In this document: one piece after another, positions 27,125 to 37,378 of the stretch | Layout of the letters: each line of letters starts with the position of its first letter | How positions within the stretch are numbered: position 1 is the stretch's first letter | From: Lama glama | Lineage: Eukaryota | DNA length: 64,000 nucleotides | Direction: 5' to 3' | NCBI GenBank assembly: GCA_028534125.1 | Contig: CM052817.1 | Location: 58,220,001 to 58,284,000, forward strand | Made by a program: the position numbers and the translations under genes | The notes under the pieces: model-generated | Seen by the model: the letters and a program-made list of their open reading frames with translations, nothing else | Told to the model about the DNA's origin: nothing | The model's database searches: none

Positions 27125-27725
27125 AAGTTTAGTGAATAGAATATTATTCAGGGTAACATTTTAGCAAACATTAAGGAGTAAGCCATACAGATATTTGAGA
27201 GGAATATATCAGTGCAAAGGCTATGGGGTAAAGATCCTGGGGCTGAAGCATTCCTGTGATGTTCCAGAAACAGCAAGAGGTCCAGTGTGCCATAAGCAGA
27301 GTGAAAGAGTGGGTGGGGGACAGTAGATGATGAGGTTAGAGAGATGAACAGGTGAGCAATGGAGAGGCCCCCAGTATAGGGGTGGAGAGCAGGGTCACAT
27401 CATGAGGAATCAGGCAGGCCACTGGAAAAAACATCATCTTTATGACCAGAGGAGCAAGTGTATCATTCTGGTTACCATGTAGAAGATGGATGGTGCTTTG
27501 GTCAGGGAGAGGCAGGTGGGAGTAGCAGAAGCAGGTGACTGTTAGGAAGTATGGCAGTAAAGGAGGCAAGCATTGATGGCATTTGTGCCAGGATATTAGT
27601 GGGGGAGGTAGTGAGAAGTGATCAGATTTTGTACAACATTTGACGGTAATAAGAACAGGATTTGCTTATACAATTTATGTGATGTATGAAGAAGCCAAAG
27701 ATGACTCCAACATTTTGGGGTTTCA
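27125..27725 (-). mobile_element. LINE-2, continuation of the 24974-25176 element
   Basis: cagtgcaaagg...cagcaagaggtccagtgtg...gatgaggttagagag...gaggtagtgagaagtg...aaagatgactccaa. Confidence 0.75.
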
Positions 27726-27896
27726 AAGTGATTACATAATTAAGTAAACTAAAGTACTACTATTAATTCAAAATGTTTTCTGTGATAGAGAATTATTGAA
27801 TGACTCTAAGAGTTTCCCATTTGCTTTCAATGAAACATATATAAAAACTGCATTTAAGAATTTATATCCATTTTTATTTATTTATTTTTCAAATAG

Positions 27897-28081
27897 TTCT
27901 TGCCAGTAGCTTCAGTCCATATCGCGAAGGAAGATTTATAGAAAGGAGACTGCGATCCTCATCAGAAGGAACTGCAGGGAATAGCAGAATGATTTTGAAA
28001 CCAAAAGATGGAAATGCCGAAGAAGTTAATAGTCTAAGAAAGCAAAGAGCAAGTTCATCATCTTCAAAAATGAATAGCATG
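27897..28081 (+). CDS. CCSER1: CCSER1 second coding exon (185 nt): (V)LASSFSPYREGRFIERRLRSSSEGTAGNSRMILKPKDGNAEEVNSLRKQRASSSSSKMNSM
   Basis: Acceptor AG at 27895-27896 and donor ATG|GTAAGT at 28082. The frame is open and continuous with the previous exon (1324+185=1509 nt, phase 0). The ORF track misses it. Confidence 0.93.
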
Positions 28082-29695
28082 GTAAGTTTTTACATGTGCC
28101 TGCGTTTAATAAAATAGTCGCATTTATTACTGGCATGTTCATGCCTCTTGCAAAATGAAGACAGACTGAAGAATAGATACCTCATATTTGAAGGGAAAGT
28201 TGGTCTGCACAGTTGACATCACAAATCAGAGAGGCTAAGTTTTCACTTGAGACTCTCATATGTCTGACAGGTGGAAGCACATCACGATAAGCTACCCTTA
28301 CAACCTGTCCTCCTTGTTTCCAAGGAAAGTTCAGTGTGCTCCGTTCTAGAACAAGACCCCGGATGCACAAGCTAAGAAAAATGCTGATCCCGAGGATATT
28401 CTCTCTGACCCCATCGTTTCACACCATTTCTCCACCCTCTAGCCATGCTAAAGAATGTCCTGCTATAAACCACACTTATGTTAGTGCCATCCATAGCCCC
28501 CTTAGTGGACCCTACTCTCCACGGCCTTCTACATAGGGGAGGAGCCCTTTGGGAGTCAAGATGAAATGCCCATCCAAAGCTTTAACATCTTCCAGGTATC
28601 CGAAATTCCAGGTTCCTGGTACAAATCGGGGGAGCCTGCAAATGAAGGTAAAGATGAGGTGTGTGTGTGGGAGGTAGGGTCTGAGCTTGCACTTGTGGGT
28701 TGGGGTGTCTTAGAGGCATGTGTATTAGCTCCCTTCTAGCGTGAGATACAGCAAGCTGGGAAGAGATGACCAGTGGACTGCAGCCGAGGGTGTCCAGGAA
28801 GCCTCAGGTCTCAGAAATATTGGGATTAGCTTGCCTTTTGGAATTCACTTTGCTCTTTATCTCAGAAATGTGTCCTTTTTCAGCAGTGTCTCTGATTCCC
28901 AGTGTCTAACAGTATTTCTTTAAAAGGATCTGCTACTTACCTGCCTATTCATAGGAATATGTGAAAAATGCTTGAAACTAAATCACTGATTTATATATAT
29001 TTTGGGGAATTATGTTTCAAAGGAAAATATTAGGTCATCTAGTTCTGACAGTTGTAATGTGTAGAAACCTTAAGTTACTGAGGCAACACTGAGCGATAGC
29101 AAAACCAGTGTGTTCAAATTTAGAAGTTCTAGCCATTAGGTCAGACTTGGCCAGATTTTAATCTTGGGCAAATCAGGTTCTATGAAACAACAAATGATAA
29201 TGGGTTTCTTGTTTCTGTTATACTAAAGAATGGTAATATATATGTTTATATTTGCATATATAGAAATATATTACATTATATTATATTTTATCTCTTTTTT
29301 TGTTCTTTCCTACATTGAAAATGCTATATTCTTATTGTTGCAATTGATAATTATCTAAATACAAGAACATGTTAAAGAAGATTTCCAATAGAATACATTA
29401 AAAGTCATGGCTAATGAATGATTATGAAACATTTCTTTTCATGAAATTTCTGTTATTCCTTTGTAGAGCAGTATTTATATTAGTAAGTTGTACACTATTA
29501 CACTTACCCAAATTTAAGCCTTTTATGTATTTTTTATATATTTTGTTTTCCATACTGCATTTGTGTAATTCTCCTCATAACATGGAAGAATTTTTCTCAG
29601 GTACACTTTCAAGTTTAAAATTTTAAATGTCAAACACAAAAATGTGGTTTTGTTATTGTATTTGAGACTTTTTGATAAATTTTCAAGAAGGTTCC

Positions 29696-29730
29696 CTGCA
29701 GTGATATAGATCCTCCGCTAGATGGCAGGA
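29696..29730 (+). promoter_or_regulatory. Predicted CTCF binding site with upstream module
   Basis: Core CCGCTAGATGGCAG at 29715-29728, preceded by TGCAG at 29697-29701 with a 13-nt spacer. Confidence 0.65.
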
Positions 29731-29923
29731 TTACACCATCGCCATGGTAAGGAAAAGGCTGTGGAGATTGGAACAGAAACTTGATTAAGATAACTGTTCA
29801 TGGTCATTGGGTTCACAGTGAATACTTGTTGAAATAAGTACTGACACACTTGAACTTCCACATGAAACCTATCAGAAATTATTGTGTGACTTTTTTTTTC
29901 TTTAAGATTTTCGAAATTCTAAT

Positions 29924-30044
29924 TTTATTGTTTTTGTTTGTTTATTTATTATTACTGTTATTTTAGTGGTGGTACTGAGGACTGAACTCAGGACCTCGTG
30001 GTGCTAAGCATGCACTCTGCCACTGAGCTATTATCCACCCTCCG
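29924..30044 (-). mobile_element. Camelid Vic-1-like tRNA-Ala-derived SINE with TSD
   Basis: Reverse complement reads ggagggtggataatagctcagtggcagagtgcatgcttagcaccacgaggtcctgagttcagtcctcagtacc plus an A-rich tail. TSD gaaattctaat at 29913-29923 and 30045-30055. Confidence 0.88.
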
Positions 30045-30309
30045 GAAATTCTAATACTTTAATATTTAATTAGTTTACAGTTTAATAGTTAATTTAAATG
30101 CATATAATATATTTTTGTAACTCATAGCAATATAAGGAAGAAATGCTAGGATATTTTTAGGTGTGAAACGAGTAACATATATTTAGGAAATGATAGCTTT
30201 ATGTGTGAAAAGTGACACATATTTCCTATATTCCTCTTCCAGAATAATTCAAGTGAATATATGTATTTAAGAATGCATTCATGTATGGTTATTATTTTCT
30301 TTTAGAGCA

Positions 30310-30545
30310 ACAATAGTAACATTTATTTTTAATGCTTATTTGAAGCAAGGGAATACGCTTAAGGCCTCACATATATTATCACATTCAGTCCTCACAATGA
30401 ACCAATTGATTCTGTTATTGATCACATTTTGCAAAAGAGGAAAAAAAAGTACCAAGAAGATAAGCAGCTTGCTCAAAAACAGATAGTAAGTGGCTGAGAT
30501 AGGATTCAGATTTGGATCTCCACAGTCTAACTTTAAAGCACAATA
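30310..30545 (-). mobile_element. MIR SINE
   Basis: cagtcctcacaa...cacattttgcaaaagaggaaa...cttgctcaa...agtaagtggc..gataggattc. Confidence 0.7.
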
Positions 30546-31459
30546 CTTTGAGGGGAATGTAATTTAAAATTAATTTTTAATTTTTCTTGCATTACTTTTG
30601 TATAATGAAATTAACACATTTGAGGCAACCTACGTCTGCTGTAAGTTTAGACCACAACCTTCTGTAAGCGATACAAAAAAGAAAAAAAATTTAGTACTTA
30701 TTCTGGACTTAAAATGTGGTACTATTTCTTGATATGCTGATGATCAATATCTTTGCTGAGAAGTATCTCATTTAAAAAGGAATTTGTCACAGAAGAAGAT
30801 ATTTATGCTTAGAAGTGGAGTACTTTACACAGTTGACGGGGATTTAATTCTAACAGTAGGATATGGTTCCATTTATTAAGATGTTGAGGGTTCCTGAGAA
30901 TGACCAAAGATACTCCCTAATAGGTGAGATAGACCACAATTCTAGTGTTTTTTATATACTTTGGGGGTGTTTCAGTATGAAAGGGAAGGGGCAGATTAAC
31001 TCTTTGAACATCAGTGGATCAGATGAAACTGGGCTTTGCTTACATTTATTACAAGAAACCAAATATATCTAATGATTTGATAAGCAGTCACATTCATCAT
31101 ATGTCTTCAAACTGCTTTAAATAAAGACTTTCCCTAATCTTCCTCTGGGTAACTTTCTTGTTACTTTTCTTAGGATGGTCCAAACATTAAATAAACAAAG
31201 ACAAAAACAAAAAAACTTCTCTAGAAATAGGCTCTATCTTTCTAGGAACTTTCCCTCCAGATTATGGTGTATAAATGATTAGATGTAAGGATTCATCTTG
31301 ATTTCTCCAACAGCTTTACACAGTGAAGTCTAACTCCAAACATTTACAAGATTACCCTGCTCTAAAAAAAGAGTATTAATGTGAGGATAGATTTATATGT
31401 AAACAATATGTAGCATGTGGCATCACTACAGGAAGGAAGGTACCTCAATGTACGAGTAA

Positions 31460-31830
31460 GCATGAGCTAGGCTATGTAAGAGCAAACAACCTCCAAATCT
31501 TGGTGACTTTATAATATAGATTTATTTCTTACCCAGCCTACATGTTCATTGTGGAAAAGTGCTGGAGTTCTGTTCAGTATCTCCACCTTCTATATCCAGC
31601 CTGTTGAAGCAGCGACCATTGCAAACACTGCCTTTCACAGTGGTAAAAAGAGATCTTTATCCCTTTAATACGTGTTTTCACCCATGAGTGAGAGACACTT
31701 CATTTCCTCTCACAAGCAGATCTAATCACATGGCCCAAGCTAACCACAAAAGGGGCCACAAAGTGGTCTCTTCCTTGTGTCTGATGGTGTAGACCCAGAT
31801 ATGTTTCATGGGCACTAATGACTCTCATAT
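31460..31830. mobile_element. Old MLT1 (MaLR) solo LTR
   Basis: caaacaacctccaaatcttggtgactt...atttatttct...tacatgttcattgtgg...tcacatggcccaagctaaccacaa. Confidence 0.6.
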
Positions 31831-33814
31831 TCCCAAATGTTTTATTCTATCTCTGTTCTTTTAATTAACTGAGATTTCCTGCTTACCTTCTCTCTCCCTT
31901 TTGTCTGTGGTCATTTAATGAGCCCTAACTCTGTGCCTCACACTGAGCTGGTCATTGTGGTTGAGAAAGATGAAGGCATCTTTGAAATCGAAGGATTCAT
32001 TCACAACCACAAGTTTTGTCCTTTGAGATGTGCTCTTTTCCTAACTTAAAGGCTTTGACAGGTATATCTAAATTACTTTCCTTGACTCCATGTCTGGAAA
32101 TCCTACCAATTTTGGAAATGTTTGCTTTTATTACAGTAAAAAGCTGGTTTGGAAAGTTTGCTAGCTTTATATTACTCAGCAAATACATCCACAAAGTTGC
32201 CTCAAACTGCCTGTGCTAAGTGATTCTGACAGCATTCACTTATGGCCACTTTGACTGTGACACAGCATAGTCCCTCTCATTTGCAGCTTGGTGTCCTGCT
32301 GCCTTTGTGTAGAAGCTGTGAGTGGCATAGTAAAAACAAGAGCTAGATTTCTTTGCTGGAAGAACAGACCAGACTCATATTTGAGAAAAAAGGAGTTACT
32401 TGCAGATGGTTAGCATCTCATATCATAGTTTAATTCTTTGATATGTTGAAGTCCGGGACTTATATATTACTGACAATAGTTGATTGATCTAATTCTAGTT
32501 AAGCCCTGTGTTAAATAGCCAAGCACTTAAACATGCATTCGCTTTTCTTCTGGGGCCTACTGTTTCCTCCTTTGTTACCGTTTCCTTTATTCATTCATCC
32601 ATTCATTCAGTTTCTTTCAATAAATATTTATTGAGAACCTACTCTAAAGATACAAAAAATGAAAGAAGCAGCCCTTGAGGATTTTAAGGCTGCAGATTGA
32701 GAGACATTAACCTAATCTTGTCAATACACCAGATTTAACCATTTTGACCATCCTAAAATTCAGATTGGGTGTGGCATGCTTGATTTGGATTGTGACTGTT
32801 GATATCAAAAGTTAAAAGGATTAAAAAAGGGCACATGGACTCCTGTGTCCCTAATTTTTATATACTTTATCTCACATGCTCAACTGACATTATTAAATAT
32901 GTATACACGTGTGTGTGTATATATATATATATGTATATATAATCTCACAGTGTCTTTGGCTAATTTCTAACATTGAGGCCCAGATACTAGTCCTGTGCAC
33001 AGACTCTTAAGAGGCATTGGGACAGTAAAGAAGAAAGTACCAAATTAAAGTTTGAAGATTTAGTTTCAAAACATCTCACCTCTACCATGTACTGGGCAAA
33101 AGAGCTCTCCTGGCCTTGTTTGGTATATACACTTCCACATTTCCATTTTGTGACATGAAAGTTGTTCAAGCTCAAAATTAAGAACAAAGGAAAGATGATG
33201 AGGAGACAATCTGATTCAAGAAAACCTTCCTCTTAATCCTGAAATTGGAAATGAGACTTTCAAATATGTAAAAATGCCAGTGGCTTTTTGAGGGTTAAAA
33301 TAATGATCTCAGCTTTTGATGTAACTTATGGTGAATGGAATTAGAGTTAATATCATTGCATGTCACAAGGACATTTAATGAGAAAAGGAAGTCTTTAGTA
33401 TATTTAGGGAAATGGAGGCATAGAAATCATTCCTCTCAATCTTTATAAATTTTAAGAAGGAAAATCACAAGTAGCCCTCATTAAACATGCAATTGCATTT
33501 GTTGGTAAGTAGAATCTTAATTTTAGATTAATAGCCCTAATCTATAAAGCCTTTATTGACTTTTCTCATTATTGATGATACTTTTTCTGTCAACATCCTT
33601 TAAGTTATATCATGTATATGGCATCCACCACTTAGTTATTTGAATATGCCTCATTTTACCTATTAGACTTCATTCAGTATTTTAAGTGGAAGAAATTTTG
33701 TACAAGTTAGCATTTCTTGTAGCACTTAGTATAGGCCTGGGTGCACAAGAAATATGGGTAAATTAAAGGTAAAGTTACTAATTACGTTGTGATATATGTT
33801 TATATAGATACAAA

Positions 33815-33856
33815 TTAAACTGTTTAGTATGGTGTTTAAACTGTTTAGTGTGGTGT
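33815..33856. repeat. 21-bp tandem duplication
   Basis: ttaaactgtttagtatggtgt / ttaaactgtttagtgtggtgt. Confidence 0.9.
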
Positions 33857-33924
33857 GCGTTGGCACTCTTTTTGACATTTTAACTTATTACACAAATATA
33901 CTGTTGTTTTTGTAATGCATTGTC

Positions 33925-33964
33925 TGATAAAACTCTGGTTTTTGATAAAACTCTGGTTTTTGAT
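33925..33964. repeat. 18-bp perfect tandem duplication
   Basis: (tgataaaactctggtttt)x2 plus tgat. Confidence 0.9.
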
Positions 33965-34553
33965 GCTAAGTACTTGATCAAGAAGGCCATGCCAGCTATG
34001 ACACTGTTCCAGTAGAAACATCATTCATTTTAGGATAAGTGATCTTATGGAATGGTTTCCAGGAATACATCACTACAGTAGTTATGGACTGGCCATACAA
34101 AGAGGACAGGAAATAGTCAATTGTTTTTGATATTATTGGTGAACCCATTAAAAATACCAGTTCTAAGTCAAATATGTCTATAAGGTGGTATTTTAAAATT
34201 CCCTGTGTATTTTATCTACCCCAACTTCATTTCTTATAAACCTGAAGATTGAGATTGAGAATTTCCTTTAAAAAAGAAGGATTAGATAAAATATTCCATT
34301 GTTTTTTCTTTCTCACTTTTGGGATGAATCATTTTTATTTAGAAGCTGTCACAATTTGTATGTTTGGTGCACAATGCTATGAATAGCTTATTCACGGAGC
34401 TAATTCATTTCATCTTAAATGACTTTAAGATAAGTTCAAATAAATAAGTAAAATTGCAGTTCTTAATTATTATCTTTTTTCTTCATGCAGTTCACATGAG
34501 AATATGTAGAGGACCTATTTTTGCCCTCTGGGATTGCATTATTAAAATCTAAA

Positions 34554-34898
34554 TATCTTAGTTTGTTCAGGTGGCTTTAACAAACTGTCTTAGACTAGGT
34601 AACTTATAAATGACAGAAATTTATTTCTGACAGTTCTGGGGGCTGGGAAGTCCAAGATCAAGGTGGCAACAGGGTTCCTGATTCATAACCAGCACCTTCT
34701 CACTGTGTCTCACATGGTGGAAGGGGTTAGGAATCTCTTTGGAGCCTCTTTTATACAGGCACTAATTCCTTTCATGAGGGGTCCACTCTCATTCCTTAAA
34801 TACCTCCCAAAGGCCCCCCTTCTAATACCATCATCTTGGGGACTAGAATTTTAATGTATGAAGTTTGGAGGAGAGGCATAAATGTTCAGACCATAGCA
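34554..34898 (-). mobile_element. MLT1A-like MaLR solo LTR
   Basis: cagaaatttatttctgacagttctgggggctgggaagtccaagatcaaggtg...cctcccaaaggcccc...ttcagaccatagca. Confidence 0.85.
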
Positions 34899-36599
34899 AT
34901 AAGCAATCACATTGTAACAGAAGCAATATTAGAATGTAGTAAAAGCTTCGTTAAGAACAGTAGCTATTTCTATTTATTATTATTTATCAAGGAAATAATT
35001 AGGGAAAACAACAGTACAAGAAAATTAAAGATTTTTTTCTCTAACCACACCATATCTAGGATACCTGTTAGATCATTTATATCCCTCTAAAATTAAGAAA
35101 TTGGAAAACTGAAAGTTGTTTACTTTTACTCTTGGGATTAGAATGCAAAAATGACAATTTTATTTTTAATTGGATCAGTTTATCTAATTTTTTTGTAAGA
35201 TGAAAACTATTTTATGCCTTGTTTAGGAACCCCATGGGCTGACACAGCTTTTGTAGCGTGAGAGAGAATATTTATTGATTCAGATTCCATGATAAATCTC
35301 TGACCATCTGAACAGCTGCACAGTCTGTAATACAGAGTTGACCTTGAGCAAAATACGTATCTTTTCTGAGAGAATAGTCATTGGAATTTGAAGTTTTTAC
35401 ATTATTGTAGTTCTACAATGAAGAAAAATGTATTCATCCTAGGGTTATTCTGTTATTTTGAAATTTGAATATAACACATTAAATTCATTTTAGTAAATTA
35501 AAAAAAGCAAAACAGATTTTAACTTCCAAAGTCAAGAAATATATTATTTTAGTAGAATTATATCTAATATTATGAATTATGGTTAGTTTATAAAGAAGAT
35601 ATAAAATTTTTAATGTATTATTATTACCTTTCAAATAATTTTAAAGTTGAGACAAACATAATTTTCTCACAAACCATATTATTTGCATTGTCAGGATGAG
35701 AAAGTGTGACTTACACGTGAATCATGCGTGTGCATTTCACACTTTCCCTATGTGATGATATTTTTGTTTAGTCATTCCTAATTTAGAGTAGCTGTCACTC
35801 TGTCACTTTTATAATTTAGTTCAGCTATCATTTTACTTTAGTGCTAAAAGTTTGCTTTGAAATTCCTCCTTTGTTTATATCTTCTATTGCTCTTAGCTTG
35901 TTACATCCAACCAGATACAACCTAAGTACCTTTTTTTCATTCCTTCTCTTAGGCTCTTTATTGTACACACTTGTCATTACCTTATACAATTATGATTTTA
36001 ATGCTTGACTAGTTGTCTTCAGCACTATGCAATGATTAGTGTATGTGTCAATGAGAAACACATTTTTTTTCTTTTTTCTTTTTTTTGTCTAGAGAGACTC
36101 ACATGAATCAGAGCTTTCATCAGGTGTCAAAGAGGGACAAAGGAATCAGGGAAGAGATCTGTAATAGCTTCCCAGGCCCTCAGCTCCCCTCTTTCTGCAT
36201 CTGACGGGCACTGGCCCAGACTCTTGGATGAAGTTGGGACTGAGGATAATCACCTCACTGATACAGAAGGAGCCATCTCAGTACAGAACAGCTCATTATT
36301 TTTTTTCTTTTTAATTATAGTCACCATGCTATACCGTACATTCCCCAAACTTATTTATCTTACAGCTAGAAGCTTTTCCCTTTTGACCACATGAATCATC
36401 TCCATATTTTACTCAGATAGTTACACAGCATACGTGGACATTTTCCAGAGAGCCATATCCCATAAAACTATATTCCAGCTTCATTTTTCATAAGCAGTCC
36501 TAGATAATTAGTCACATTGTGCTAAAAGCAGTCTCTAGGTAAACCCCCCTACTAGTAAAAACCATTTAGTTTGCAGTTTGTTTCCTAGGAGGTCTGTCA

Positions 36600-37155
36600 T
36601 TAGTATGTTTACAGGGAGATTACACCAGTTCCCTGCCTTCTTACTTTCCAGGAAGCAAACTCCATTCCTCCTTGTCTCAGGGAAAATGAATTGCAGACCA
36701 ATTGCTTATCTCAGGCACTGCATATTAACTTCAAACACCTTCCTCAGACTATCTGTCCTGTTCTTGCTCCCCACTCCTAGTCTTTTACCCACCAGTCCTT
36801 CATTTACTCTGATCTTAGAGATGCCTCCTGCATTCCTTCAAAGCAATTGCTTCTACTAGTCTACTTGATTTCAACTCCTCATCTCCTTTAAAACAGTGAT
36901 TATGAGTATGTTTCTTCTGTTTTTTTCCTCCAGTTTCTTCTGTATCTCTTCATTGCTCTCAGTTTACAACACTGCCAAGTTTTCCATCTTGGAGGAAAAT
37001 AACAAAAAATAAAAATTTTCTCTATCCTTCCTGCTCCTAAAGTTCTCCATTCGTTCTCTCTTTTCCTCTACAAGGCAAACAGGTCTGAACAGATAGCCTT
37101 ATCTTGACAAATTCATTTTCTCACTGCCTGCAATCTCCTCAGTTTCATGTTTTTA
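36600..37155 (+). mobile_element. Degenerate LINE-2 fragment
   Basis: Pyrimidine-rich L2-like sequence that resumes after the MER20 (ctctaaagtcatcagtga). Confidence 0.4.
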
Positions 37156-37162
37156 GCTCTCA

Positions 37163-37378
37163 TACGCTTTCTCAACACTGACACTATTGACATTTTGTCT
37201 TAGATCTCTGTTGGGGGACCAGGGGACTGTCTTGTGCATTGTTAAATGTTTAATAGCATTCCTGACCCCTACCCATAAAATGCCAGTAGAACTTTCAAGT
37301 TGTGACAACTGAAAATATCTCTAGACATTGCAAAATAATGCCTTGGTAGGCAAAAATTTCCCTAGTTGAGAACTACTC
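37163..37378. mobile_element. MER20 hAT-Charlie DNA transposon
   Basis: ttctcaac..gacactattgacatttt...ggactgtcttgtgcattg...agttgtgacaac..aaaatatctctagacattgcaaaat...gttgagaactact. Confidence 0.85.

Larger units (their letters stand above)
24187..27896 (+). other. CCSER1: CCSER1 GT-AG intron (3710 nt, phase 1)
   Basis: Starts GTATGC and ends tttatttttcaaatag. Joining G|TT restores a Val codon and keeps the frame open. Confidence 0.9.

Noticed and set aside
28290..28860. GC-richer patch with a possible cryptic exon (ttccag|gtatcc...gaag|gtaaag, ~28596-28647)
   Set aside because: Weak splice signals and a 52-nt length that breaks frame. It is more likely a decayed transposon, which I could not classify.
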